Below, in pieces: positions 10,115-22,096 of a stretch of 64,000 bases of DNA. The stretch lies in assembly GCA_028826165.1 (NCBI GenBank), contig JAPDFW010000019.1, positions 14,017-78,016 of the forward strand, written 5' to 3'. A program made the position numbers and the translations under genes. This stretch comes from Anaeramoeba ignava BMAN. Its lineage: Eukaryota; Protista; Anaeramoebae. A model generated the notes under the pieces. The model saw only the letters and a program-made list of their open reading frames with translations. It ran no database searches and had not been told where the DNA came from. Numbering within the stretch: the first letter of the stretch is position 1; each line of letters opens with the position of its first letter.

Positions 10115-11886
10115 TTATTTTATTAAAGCTGTTTGTGAATTGAGTTGTTCTTTTGTTCTTTTTCTTGTTGCATCTTCCATTAAATCATATATTCTTGAAC
10201 AACCATCAACAACAAGTTCAAGTAATTCAGTAAAATTTTCCATTTTTAATCTTGAAATTTTCATTTGAGTTGAAACAACTTTTTTTGATTTTGCTAAAAT
10301 TGCTGCAATTAAAATGGATCCACCTGCAGTTTCTTCAATAAAATTTGTATCTTTTATTATTTAAAAATCATTTAAAATTAAATTTAAATAAAATAAAATA
10401 AATTTAAATAAATTTTTTACCTAAAATACAAAAACTATCAAGATAAGTTCCAGTACAAGAACAAACAAAATCTATCATTGGAATTCCTGCATCTATTAAA
10501 GCTAAAGTAACTGCATTAATACAAGCACTTTCAACACCTATTTTTAATTTAAATTCAATTTTAAATTTTAAATTGTTTTTAAATTTTAAATTTTTAAATT
10601 CATTTTTAAATTCATTTTTAAATTGTAAATTGTTTTTAAATTTATTTTTAAATTTTAAATTGTTTTTATATTCATTTTTAAATTTTAAATTGTTTTTAAA
10701 TTTATTTTTAAATTTATTTGTAAATTGTTTTTAATTTGTAAATTGTTTTTTAAATTGTAAATTTATTTTTAAATTTATTTTTAAATTGTAAATTGTTTTT
10801 AAATTGTAAATTGTTTTTAAATTGTAAATTGTTTTTAAATTGTAAATTGTTTTTAAATTTATTTTTAAATTGTAAATTGTTTTTAAATTGTAAATTCATT
10901 TTTAAATTGTAAATTTATTTGTAAATTTATTTGTAAATTGTAAATTGTTTTTAAATTCATTTTTAAATTTATTTTTAAATTGTAAATTGTTTTTAAATTG
11001 TAAATTCATTTTTAAATTTATTTGTAAATTGTAAATTCATTTTTAAATTGTAAAATGTTTTTAAATTGTTTTTAAATTCATTTTTAAATTGTAAATTGTT
11101 TTTAAATTGTAAATTCATTTTTAAATTTATTTTTAAATTGTAAATTTATTTTTAAATTGTTTTTAAATTCATTTTTAAATTGTAAATTGTTTTTAAATTC
11201 ATTTGTAAATTCATTTTTAAATTTATTTTTAAATTGTAAATTGTTTTTAAATTGTAAATTGTTTTTAAATTTATTTTTAAATTGTAAATTGTTTTTAAAT
11301 TCATTTTTAAATTGTTTTTAAATTGTTTTTAAATTTTAAATTGTTTTTAAATTTATTTGTAAATTCGTTTTTAAATTTTAAATTGTTTTTAAATTTATTT
11401 GTAAATTGTTTTTAAATTCATTTTTAAATTGTTTTTAAATTGTAAATTCATTTTTAAATTGTAAATTCTAAATCTGTTATTGAATAAATAACCTCCATCA
11501 GCTTGTAAAACTTGAATAAAAATTGAAATTTCTGATTCAGGAAAAAGTTCTAATTGAAGAACTGGTTCAAAAGTTTTTCTAATAATTGAACAAATTTCAA
11601 GAACTCTACGATCTTTTTTTGACATTTTAGTTCTTTTTCTTGTACTAAAAGTAGCACTTAAAAATTCAACGGAAATAAACGCTTTATCTTCAACTGCTTT
11701 TGATCTATTTTCTACTTCTTTTGGTCCACATACTGATGCCATTACTCTTGTAAATCCTTCTACAAAAAGTGCTGATCCATCAACTTGTTCTAATTTCCCC
11801 ATTTCTATCTCTATTTTTCGTAATTCTTTTCTTCTTCTTCCATCTATTCTTAACCCTTCTGGATTCACATATTCTGAAATTTCCAT
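10115..11886 (-). CDS. RRP41: Exosome complex component RRP41 (EXOSC4), 3 exons
   Basis: EYVNPEGLRIDGRR, DGSA, GPKE, IFIQVLQADGG|VESACINAVTLALIDAGIPM. Introns 11492-10538 and 10420-10351. Confidence 0.92.
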
Positions 11887-11959
11887 TTTTATTTTTTAAA
11901 AATGAAAAAAATGAAAAAAATGAAAAAAATGAAAAATGAAAAATGAAAAATATTTTTTT

Positions 11960-12480
11960 GGATTTTAATTTTAAATTTTAATTTAGATTTTAATTTAGAT
12001 TTTGATTTTAATTTTGATTTTAGATTTTGATTTTGATTTTGATTTTGATTTTGATTTTGATTTTGATTTTGATTTTGATTTTGATTTAGATTTTAATTTT
12101 AATTTTGATTTTAATTTTGATTTTAATTTTGATTTTAATTTTGATTTTAAATTTTAATTTTAATTTTAATTTTGATTTTAATTTTGATTTTGATATTGAT
12201 TTTAATTTTGATTTTGATTTTGATTTTGATATTGATTTTAATTTTGATTTTGATATTGATTTTGATATTGATTTTGATATTGATTTTGATTTAGATTTTG
12301 ATTTAGATTTTTATTTTAATTTTGAATTTGAATTTGAATTTGAATTTGATTTTGATTTAGATTTTTGATTTAGATTTTTATTTTGATATTGATTTTGATT
12401 TTGATTTTAATTTAGATTTTGATTTTGATTTTGATTTTTGATTTTTGATTTTGATTTTGATTTAGATTTTAATTTAGATT
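11960..12480. repeat. (GATTTT)n-type hexamer microsatellite
   Basis: Visible GATTTT/AATTTT/GATTTA/GATATT runs. Confidence 0.9.
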
Positions 12481-15400
12481 TTAATTTTGTTTCTTTTGAT
12501 TTTCTTCTTCTTTGATAAGTAAGTCAATAATTGATTTTTCATTTAATTGATAATAATCTTTAAAATCTTCAAATTCTTCAATATTTTGTTCAGTTATTTT
12601 TGTTTCATCAAATTTATCATGATAAAAAAAATAAATTAATTGTTGAATTGTTTCAAATGATTTTTCTGAATAATCATGAACTTGATTAGATGTATCTTGA
12701 ACACTTAATAAAAACATTCCTTTAAATAATTCACTTCTTATGAATAAAATTAATTTATGAACTTTAATTTCTTTTTCTTCAATAATTATTGTAAAATCTT
12801 TTGTTTCATTTTGTTGATATAATTTTCCAAAATCTTCTATTATTCCTTTTCTTCCCTTTTTGGATTCAATCCAATTTGAATCAAATCCAACTTCTTTAAA
12901 TAATTCTGTAACTTTCTTTTCTATTTCATTTAATTTTTCATTTTTCTTTTCATTTTCAAATTTTCTTACTTCCTCTATTTCATTTAATTTCTTATATTCC
13001 TTTTTAAATGTTTCTTTTTGATTTTGATAATTAATTAAATTTTCAAATTTTTGAATCAAATAATCAAAATCACAAAATCCAGTATAAAGGAAATTTAATG
13101 CATATTCAACATCTTCTTTTGGTTTTTTTTTGCAAATATCCATAAATCTTGTTAAAATTGTTTGATTATTATTAAATCTTGTTAAAAGAATTAATTTATG
13201 AACTTTGAATTCAAAATTATCTTTTGTTTGAATTTTAAAATCTGAAAAATTTTCCTCATTTTCTTTTTTTAAAAAATTATTCAAATCTTCATTAAATGAA
13301 TAAATTTTGTAAAATGATTCAATTATTTCTTTTGGAATTAAATTAAATTTCTCATTTAAATCAAAAATATCTGCTCCATTTATCAATAATAATTTGATAT
13401 TTTCAAATGAATATTTATTTCTTCTTTTGATATCTTCTCTTTTTGGAGTCATTGATTGAAAAATTCTAAATGAATATTGATCAATATTTCTAAATGAATC
13501 TTTATCAATATTTTTGCAAATTAAATGTAAAGGAGTTTCATTTTGATTATTTTTTGAATTAATATCTGTTCCTTTTGAAATCATTAATTTAATAATTTCA
13601 AATGAGTATTGATTAATATTTTTTTTGCAAATTAAATGTAAAGGAGTTTCATTTTGATTATTTTTTGAATTGATATCTGCTCCTTTTTCAATCATTAATT
13701 TGATAATTTCAAATGAATATTCATTAATAGTTTTGCAAATTAAATGTAAAGGAGTTTTATTTTGATTATTTTTTGAATTAATATCTGCTCCTTTTTCAAT
13801 CATTAATTTAATAATTTCAAATGAATATTGATTTGAATTGGTGGTAAATTTTTGGAAAATTAATTGGAAAGGGGTTTCATTTTGATTATTTTTTGAATTA
13901 ATATCTGCTCCTTTTTCAATTATTAATTTAATAATTTCAAATGAATCTTTATTAATATTTTTGCAAATTAAATGTAAAGGAGTTTCATTTTGATTATTTT
14001 TTGAATTGATATCTGCTCCTTTTTCAATTATTAATTTGATAATTTGAAATGAATATTCATTAGTATCTATAAATGAATAATTATAAATATTTTGGAAAAT
14101 TAAATGTAAAGGAGTTTCATTTTGATTATTTTTTGAATTGATATCTGCTCCTTTTTCAATCATTAATTTAATAATTTCAAATGAATATTCATTTGAATAA
14201 GTGATAAATTGTTGAAAAATTAAATGTAAAGGAGTTTCTTTTTGATTATTTCTTGAATTAATATCTGCTCCTTTTTCAATCATTAATTTGATAATTTCAA
14301 ATGAATATTGATTATTTTTTGAATTGATATTTGCTTGTTTTCCAATCTTCAAATCATTTTCATATGAATAATAATTAATATTTTTGAAAATTAAATGTAA
14401 AGGAGTTTTATTTTGATTATTTTTTGAATTAATATCTGCTCCTTTTTCAATCAACAATTTGATAATTTCAAATGAATATTGATTATTTTTTGAATTAATA
14501 TCTGCTTTTTTTTCAATCTTCAAATCATTTTCAGATAAACCTTCATCTTTATCTTCATCTTCATCTTCATCTTCATATGCATATTCATACTCATCTTCAT
14601 TTGATTTTGTATTTCTGAGAAATTGTTTCAAAGCAAAATCTATCGGTTTTTGTTGATTTTGATAAGTGAAATTAATATAAAAACCTTTGGAAATCAATAA
14701 TTTGATAATTTTCAAAGAAAATTCACTTGGATTTTTGCAACTTAAAGCCATAGAAACAGGATAAATTTGTGGGAATCTATAATGAATTCTTTTTTTAAAA
14801 TGTTTTTTTTCTTCTCTCATAATGAGAATTTTCATAATTTTAAATGAATATTCAGCTGGATTTTGGAAAGCAAGATCTAAAGGAGTTTTAGAATTCTTAT
14901 TTCTTATATTGATATCTGCTCCTTTTTCAATCATTAATTTAAGAATTTCAAATGAATATTTATTTGGATTTCGGAAAGATAAATGTAAAGGAGTTTCATT
15001 TTGATTATTTTTTGAATTGATATCTGCTCCTTTTTCAATCATTAATTTAATATTTTCAAATGAATATTGATTAATATTTTTGCAAGATAAATATAAAGGA
15101 GTTTCATTTTGATTATTTTTTGAATTAATATCTGCTCCTTTTTCAATCATTAATTTAATAATTTCAAATGAATATTGATTAATATTTTTGCAAGATAAAT
15201 ATAAAGGAGTTTCATTTTGATTATTTTTTGAATTGATATCTGCTCCTTTTTCAATCATGAATTTGATAATTTGAAATGAATATTCATTAATATCTATAAA
15301 TGAATAATAATAAATATTTTGGAAAGATAAATGTAAAGGAGTTTCATTTTTATTATTTTTTGAATTAATATCTGCTCCTTTTTCGATAATTAATTTGATA

Positions 15401-18400
15401 ATTTCAAGTAATAATTGATTAATATCTCCAAATAAATAATAATTAATCTTTTTGCAAGATAAATGTAAAGGAGTTTCATTTTTATTATTTTTTGAATTAA
15501 TATCTGTTCCTTTTGAAATCAATAACTTGATAAATTCAAATGAATATTGATTAATCTTTTTGCAAGATAAATGTAAAGGAGTTTCATTTTTATTATTTTT
15601 TGAATTGATATCTGCTCCTTTTTCAATCATGAATTTAATAATTTCAAATAAATTTTGATTTGGATTTGTGATAAATTTTTGGAAAATTAAATGTAAAGGA
15701 GTTTCATTTTGATTATTTTTTGAATTGATATCTGTTCCTTTTTCAATCAAGAATTTAATAATTTCAAATGAATCTTTATCAATATTTTTGCAAATTAAAT
15801 GTAAAAGAGTTTCATTTTGTTTATTTTTTAAATTGATATCTGCTCCTTTTTCAATCATTAATTTAATAATTTCAAATAAATTTTGATTTGAATTGGTGGT
15901 AAATTTTTGGAAAATTAAATGTAAAAGAGATTCATTTTGATTATTTTTTGAATTGATATCTGTTCCTTTTTCAATCATAAATTTAATAATTTCAAATGAA
16001 TCTTTATTAATATTTTTGCAAATTAAATGTAAAGGAGTTTCATTTTGATTATTTTTTGAATTGATATCTGCTCCTTTTTCAATCAATAATTTGATAATTT
16101 CAAATGAATATTGATTAATATTTTTGCAAGATAAATGTAAAGGAGTTTCATTTTTATTATTTTTTGAATTGATATCTGCTCCTTTTTGAATCATGAATTT
16201 AATAATTTCAAATAAATCTTGATTTGGATTCGTGATAAATTTTTGGAAAATTAAATGTAAAGGAGTTTCATTTTGTTTATTTTTTGAATTGATATCTGCT
16301 CCTTTTTCAATCATGAATTTGATAATTTCAAATGAATCTTTATTAATATTTTTGCAAAATAAATGTAAAGGAGTTTCATTTTGATTATTTTTTGAATTGA
16401 TATCTGCTCCTTTTTGGATCATGAATTTGATAATTTGAAATGAATATTGATTAATATATTTACAAGATAAATGGAAAGGAGTTTCATTTTTATTATTTTT
16501 TGAATTGATATCTGCTCCTTTTTCAATCAATAATTTAATAATTTCAAATAAATTTTGATTTGGATTTGTGATAAATTTTTGGAAAATTAATTGGAAAGGG
16601 GTTTCATTTTGTTTATTTTTTGAATTGATATCTGCTCCTTTTTCAATCATGAATTTAATAATTTCAAATGAATCTTTATCAATATTTTTGCAAATTAAAT
16701 GTAAAAGAGTTTCATTTTGTTTATTTTTTAAATTGATATCTGCTCCTTTTTCAATCATTAATTTAATAATTTCAAATAAATTTTGATTTGAATTGGTGGT
16801 AAATTTTTGGAAAATTAAATGTAAAAGAGATTCATTTTGATTATTTTTTGAATTGATATCTGTTCCTTTTTCAATCATGAATTTAATAATTTCAAATGAA
16901 TCTTTATTAATATTTTTGCAAATTAAATGCAAAGGAGTTTCATTTTTATTATTTTTTGAATTGATATCTGCTCCTTTTTCAATCAATAATTTGATAATTT
17001 CAAATGAATCTTTATCAATATTTTTGCAAGATAAATGTAAAGGAGTTTCATTTTTATTATTTTTTGAATTGATATCTGCTCCTTTTTGGATCATGAATTT
17101 AATAATTTCAAATAAATCTTGATTTAGATTTGTGATAAATTTTTGGAAAACTAATTGGAAAGGGGTTTCATTTTGATTATTTTTTGAATTGATATCTGTT
17201 CCTTTTTCAATCATAAATTTGATAATTTCAAATGAATCTTTATTAATATTTTTGCAAAATAAATGTAAAGGAGTTTCATTTTGATTATTTTTTGAATTGA
17301 TATCTGCTCCTTTTTCAATCTTGAATTTGATAATTTCAAATGAATCTTTATTAATATTTTTGCAAGATAAATGTAAAGGAGTTTCATTTTTATTATTTTT
17401 TGAATTGATATCTGCTCCTTTTTCAATCATGAATTTAATAATTTCAAATGAATCTTTATTAATATTTTTGCAAATTAAATGTAAAGGAGTTTCATTTTGA
17501 TTATTTTTTGAATTGATATCTGCTCCTTTTTCAATCATGAATTTAATAATTTCAAATAAATTTTGATTTGGATTTGTGATAAATTTTTGGAAAACTAATT
17601 GGAAAGGAGTTTCATTTTGATTATTTTTTGAATTGATATCTGCTCCTTTTTGAATCATGAATTTGATAATTTGAAATGAATATTTATTAATATTTTTGCA
17701 AATTAAATGTAAAGGAGTTTCATTTTGATTATTTTTTGAATTGATATCTGCTCCTTTTTCAATCATGAATTTGATAATTTCAAATGAATCTTTATTAATA
17801 TTTTTGCAAAATAAATGTAAAGGAGTTTCATTTTGATTATTTTTTGAATTGATATTTGCTCCTTTTTCAATCATGAATTTGATAATTTCAAATAAATCTT
17901 GATTTAGATTTGTGATAAATTTTTGGAAAACTAATTGGAAAGGAGTTTCATTTTTATTATTTTTTGAATTGATATCTGCTCCTTTTTCAATCAATAATTT
18001 GATAATTTGAAATGAATATTGATTAATATTTTTGCAAAATAAATGTAAAGGAGTTTCATTTTTATTATTTTTTGAATTGATATCTGCTCCTTTTTCAATC
18101 ATGAATTTAATAATTTCAAATAAATCTTGATTTGGATTTGTGATAAATTTTTGGAAAACTAATTGGAAAGGGGTTTCATTTTGATTATTTTTTGAATTGA
18201 TATCTGCTCCTTTTTGAATCATGAATTTGATAATTTCAAATGAATATTTATTAATATTTTTGCAAATTAAATGTAAAGGAGTTTCATTTTGATTATTTTT
18301 TGAATTGATATCTGCTCCTTTTTCAATCAATAATTTGATAATTCCAAATGAGTATTGATTTGGATAGCCACAGCTTAGAAATAAAATAGTTGTATGCTTC

Positions 18401-19149
18401 GAAGAAAGATTGTTAGTGTAAATTGATCCATGTTCCTTTTGATTATTTGATGAGTTCAGAAAATATCCTTGTTGAATGATAAATTTGAGAATCTCAAATG
18501 AATTTTTATTTATATTCTGGAAACCCAAATGTAAAGGAGTTTCATTTTGATTATTTTTTGAATTAATATCTGCTCCTTTTTCAATCAAGAATTTGATAAT
18601 TTCAAATGAATTTTTATTTATATTCTGGAAACCCAAATGTAAAGGAGTTTCATTTTGATTATTTTTTGAATTGATATCTGCTCCTTTTACAATCATGAAT
18701 TTGATAATTTCAAATGAATATTGATTAATATTTTTGCAAATTAAATGTAAAGGAGTTTCATTTTGATTATTTTTTGAATTGATATTTGCTCCTTTTTCAA
18801 TCAATAATTTGATAATTTCAAATGAATTGTTATCAATATTTTTGCAAATTAAATATAAAGGAGTTTCATTTTGATTATTTCTTGAATTGATATTTGCTCC
18901 TTTTTCAATCAATTTTTTGATAATTTTAATCGAGTTTTCGTTTGTGTTTGTGCAAATTGTGAACAAATCATTTTTGTTCATCTTATCATTTCTTGTTTTT
19001 TTTTCGTTATATTGATTTTGATTTAGATATTGATTTCGATTTAGATATTGATTTAGATATTGATTCTGATATTGATTTCGATATTGATTTGTATATTGAT
19101 TTGTATATTGATTTAAAGTTTCATTTGAATTTGGTTGTAGATTTTGCAT
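12481..19149 (-). CDS. Giant ankyrin-repeat protein with two C-terminal BTB/POZ domains, intronless
   Basis: Roughly 50 repeats of EIIKxMIEKGADINSKNNQNETPLHL. BTB motifs FSDFKI..FKVHKLILLTR and DFTIII..IKVHKLILFIRSELFKGMF. Confidence 0.92.
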   Translation of the reverse strand: MQNLQPNSNETLNQYTNQYTNQYRNQYQNQYLNQYLNRNQYLNQNQYNEKKTRNDKMNKNDLFTICTNTNENSIKIIKKLIEKGANINSRNNQNETPLYLICKNIDNNSFEIIKLLIEKGANINSKNNQNETPLHLICKNINQYSFEIIKFMIVKGADINSKNNQNETPLHLGFQNINKNSFEIIKFLIEKGADINSKNNQNETPLHLGFQNINKNSFEILKFIIQQGYFLNSSNNQKEHGSIYTNNLSSKHTTILFLSCGYPNQYSFGIIKLLIEKGADINSKNNQNETPLHLICKNINKYSFEIIKFMIQKGADINSKNNQNETPFQLVFQKFITNPNQDLFEIIKFMIEKGADINSKNNKNETPLHLFCKNINQYSFQIIKLLIEKGADINSKNNKNETPFQLVFQKFITNLNQDLFEIIKFMIEKGANINSKNNQNETPLHLFCKNINKDSFEIIKFMIEKGADINSKNNQNETPLHLICKNINKYSFQIIKFMIQKGADINSKNNQNETPFQLVFQKFITNPNQNLFEIIKFMIEKGADINSKNNQNETPLHLICKNINKDSFEIIKFMIEKGADINSKNNKNETPLHLSCKNINKDSFEIIKFKIEKGADINSKNNQNETPLHLFCKNINKDSFEIIKFMIEKGTDINSKNNQNETPFQLVFQKFITNLNQDLFEIIKFMIQKGADINSKNNKNETPLHLSCKNIDKDSFEIIKLLIEKGADINSKNNKNETPLHLICKNINKDSFEIIKFMIEKGTDINSKNNQNESLLHLIFQKFTTNSNQNLFEIIKLMIEKGADINLKNKQNETLLHLICKNIDKDSFEIIKFMIEKGADINSKNKQNETPFQLIFQKFITNPNQNLFEIIKLLIEKGADINSKNNKNETPFHLSCKYINQYSFQIIKFMIQKGADINSKNNQNETPLHLFCKNINKDSFEIIKFMIEKGADINSKNKQNETPLHLIFQKFITNPNQDLFEIIKFMIQKGADINSKNNKNETPLHLSCKNINQYSFEIIKLLIEKGADINSKNNQNETPLHLICKNINKDSFEIIKFMIEKGTDINSKNNQNESLLHLIFQKFTTNSNQNLFEIIKLMIEKGADINLKNKQNETLLHLICKNIDKDSFEIIKFLIEKGTDINSKNNQNETPLHLIFQKFITNPNQNLFEIIKFMIEKGADINSKNNKNETPLHLSCKKINQYSFEFIKLLISKGTDINSKNNKNETPLHLSCKKINYYLFGDINQLLLEIIKLIIEKGADINSKNNKNETPLHLSFQNIYYYSFIDINEYSFQIIKFMIEKGADINSKNNQNETPLYLSCKNINQYSFEIIKLMIEKGADINSKNNQNETPLYLSCKNINQYSFENIKLMIEKGADINSKNNQNETPLHLSFRNPNKYSFEILKLMIEKGADINIRNKNSKTPLDLAFQNPAEYSFKIMKILIMREEKKHFKKRIHYRFPQIYPVSMALSCKNPSEFSLKIIKLLISKGFYINFTYQNQQKPIDFALKQFLRNTKSNEDEYEYAYEDEDEDEDKDEGLSENDLKIEKKADINSKNNQYSFEIIKLLIEKGADINSKNNQNKTPLHLIFKNINYYSYENDLKIGKQANINSKNNQYSFEIIKLMIEKGADINSRNNQKETPLHLIFQQFITYSNEYSFEIIKLMIEKGADINSKNNQNETPLHLIFQNIYNYSFIDTNEYSFQIIKLIIEKGADINSKNNQNETPLHLICKNINKDSFEIIKLIIEKGADINSKNNQNETPFQLIFQKFTTNSNQYSFEIIKLMIEKGADINSKNNQNKTPLHLICKTINEYSFEIIKLMIEKGADINSKNNQNETPLHLICKKNINQYSFEIIKLMISKGTDINSKNNQNETPLHLICKNIDKDSFRNIDQYSFRIFQSMTPKREDIKRRNKYSFENIKLLLINGADIFDLNEKFNLIPKEIIESFYKIYSFNEDLNNFLKKENEENFSDFKIQTKDNFEFKVHKLILLTRFNNNQTILTRFMDICKKKPKEDVEYALNFLYTGFCDFDYLIQKFENLINYQNQKETFKKEYKKLNEIEEVRKFENEKKNEKLNEIEKKVTELFKEVGFDSNWIESKKGRKGIIEDFGKLYQQNETKDFTIIIEEKEIKVHKLILFIRSELFKGMFLLSVQDTSNQVHDYSEKSFETIQQLIYFFYHDKFDETKITEQNIEEFEDFKDYYQLNEKSIIDLLIKEEENQKKQN

Positions 19150-19329
19150 TTTTTGTGTTTGTTTGTTTTGTTTTTTATTAAAATAAAAAATTAAAAAATG
19201 AAAAATGAAAAATGTTTTTTGTTTGTTTTTTGTTTAAAAATTTAATTGAAAAAAGTGGATAGTTTTGTTTTTTATTTTTATTTTTCCTTTTTTTATTTAA
19301 TTTTTTCTCCTTTTTTTCTTCTCCTTTTT

Positions 19330-20020
19330 TAATTTTAATTTTGATTTTGATTTTGATTTTGATTTTAATTTATATTTATATTTAGATTTAGATTTTGATT
19401 TTGATATTGATTTAGATTTTGATTTTGATTTTAGATTTTGATTTTGATTTTGATTTTGATTTTGATTTTGATTTTGATTTTGATTTTGATTTTGATTTTA
19501 ATTTAGATTTTGATTTTGATTTTGATTTTGATTTTGATATTGATTTTGATTTTGAATTTGATTTTGATTTTAATTTAGATTTTAATTTTGATTTAGATTT
19601 TGATTTTGATTTTAATTTTAATTTTAATTTTAGATTTTGATTTTGATTTTGATTTTGATTTTGATTTTGATTTTGATTTTGATTTTGATTTTGATTTTAA
19701 TTTTGATTTTGATTTTGATTTTGATTTTGATTTTGATTTTAATTTTGATTTTGATTTTGATTTTGATTTTTGATTTTAATTTTGATTTTGATTTTAATTT
19801 TAATTTTAATTTTGATTTTGATTTTGATTTAGATTTTAGATTTTGATTTTAATTTTGAATTTTGATTTAGATTTTAATTTTGATTTTGAATTTGATATTG
19901 ATTTTGATTTTGATTTTGATTTTGATTTTGATTTTGATTTTGATTTTAATTTTGATTTTGATTTTGATTTTGATTTTGATTTTAATTTTGATTTCGATTT
20001 TGATTTTGTTTTTGATTTTT
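19330..20020. repeat. (GATTTT)n-type hexamer microsatellite
   Basis: Visible GATTTT runs with the same orientation as 11960-12480. Confidence 0.9.
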
Positions 20021-20138
20021 GTTCTCAATTTAAGAAAAACACGAATTTTGCAAGTTTAAAAAAAAAAAGCAAAAAAAAAATTTTTTTCATTTTTATTTTT
20101 TCATTTTTATTTTTTCATTTTTTTTTTAAAAAGTAACA

Positions 20139-21956
20139 ATGGGAGCAGGAGCATCAGGAGCAAAAGGAATAGATAATTTTCGCAAAGCACTTCAAGAATC
20201 AAAAATACCGAACACAAGTTCAATTACGTATCATGGATTATTTTACGAGTATTATTTCTCAACAGGGGAAATTGAAACCGAAAAAATTTTATCAACAAAA
20301 ACGATGTGCAGTATAACAGAAAATCCAGTCGATCCAAAAAAGACAGAATACCACGTGGCACTTGCATTAAAGTCGAAGTTTGATGGGGAAGGAATTGTCA
20401 AGTATGGACGACCGCCGTTGAATTTGGTGTTTGTTCTTGACATCTCTGGATCTATGAGCGGAGGGTTCTATTCGCAGGATAAGGAATCTGAGCAGCGATT
20501 ATCGAAATTGGATATTGCGAAAATGTCACTTAAAAATTTACTTAAACATATGAATGATAACGATAATTTTGGATTGGTTGTTTTTGACACCGAAGCAGAG
20601 GTCATCCAGGAACTTCTCCCTTGGAAAGATATCGATAAGGATAAGTTGAATGAGAAAATAAGCGCACTTCGCCCAAGAGGAGGCACGAATATGTCAGAAG
20701 GAATTACTGAAGCACATTATTTGATTGAACAGTATTATTCCAAATTTAAAAATGAAGAAAAATTAAGTAGAGAGAATAGGATTATGTTTTTGACTGATGC
20801 ACATCCTACTACTGGTGATACTAGTCCAACTGGTCTTATGGGACTTACTGAGAAATACTCAAAAGAACAAATCTATGTCTCTTTTTTTGGAGTTGGTCTT
20901 GATTTTAATACTGATTTGGTTGAGCAAATTACTAATATTGTTGGTGCTAATTATTTTGCTATTTTGAGTTCTTCTGATTTTAGAAGGAAATTGGATATTG
21001 AATTTGATTATATTGTGACACCGATAGCTTTTGATGTTGATGTTCGAGTTGAAGGAGCTAATATTGTGAATGTTTATGGAGCACCTGGTTATGATGGAAC
21101 AAAGAAGGAGCATGATGGGAATATTGCTAAAATTTTAACTGTTATGCCAAGGTATTTTTGGAATGAAAACAAACTAAATTAATTAATAATTAATTAATAT
21201 TTATATTTTATATTTAATATTTAATATTTAATATTTGATATTTAATATTTAATATTTTATATTTTATATTTAATACTTTATATTTTATATTTAATACTTT
21301 ATATTTAATTAATATTTTATATTTAATATTTAATATTTAATATTTAATATTTTAATATTTAATATTTAATATATTTATATTTAATATTTTATATTTAATA
21401 TTTAATATTTTATATTTTAATATTTAATATTTTATATTTAATTAATATTTTATATTTAATATTTAATATTTAATATTATATTTTATATTTATATTTAATA
21501 TTTAATATTTTATATTTAATATTATATATTTTAATATTCAAATAAAATAGTCATATTAATGAAAGTCAAGAAATTAAAGGAGGAACATTTTTATTAGAAC
21601 TTGATGATTCAGTTAATGATGGATTACCATTCAAAGTTATCATGACATACAAAGATAAATTTGGAAAAGAATACACAGAAGAACATTCAGGAGTTTTCCC
21701 TTCATTACAAGAAAATCAAACTCAATTCTTTGAAAATTTAGGTGTTAGAAAAACTGTTTTACTTGTTCGTTATGTTGATTTCATCAAATATTTAATTAAA
21801 TGTCAAGAATCAAATCAAAATCAAACTTTTTCTTTTAATGATGAACAAAAAAAGGAAATTCAAAATTTCATTGATTTTATGGAAAAAGAAAAAGAAGAAT
21901 TAAAAGATGATCAACTTGATAATGAAATTCAATGTTTGAAAGATTTTCTCAAGTAA
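20139..21956 (+). CDS. von Willebrand factor A (vWA) domain protein, 2 exons
   Basis: MIDAS motif LDISGSM, GGTNM, MFLTDA, GVGLDFN. Intron 21152-21550 joins VMPS-HINES. N-terminal MG could be myristoylated. Confidence 0.87.
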
Positions 21957-22096
21957 AATCTTAATTGAAATTTTTTTTTTCCGATTTTTTTTTAATTGAA
22001 TTTTTTTTAAAAAAAATAATGAACTTTTCGAACTTTTCATTTTTTTCATTTTTTTCATTTTTTTCATTTTTTTCCAATTTTAATTTTAATTTTAAA

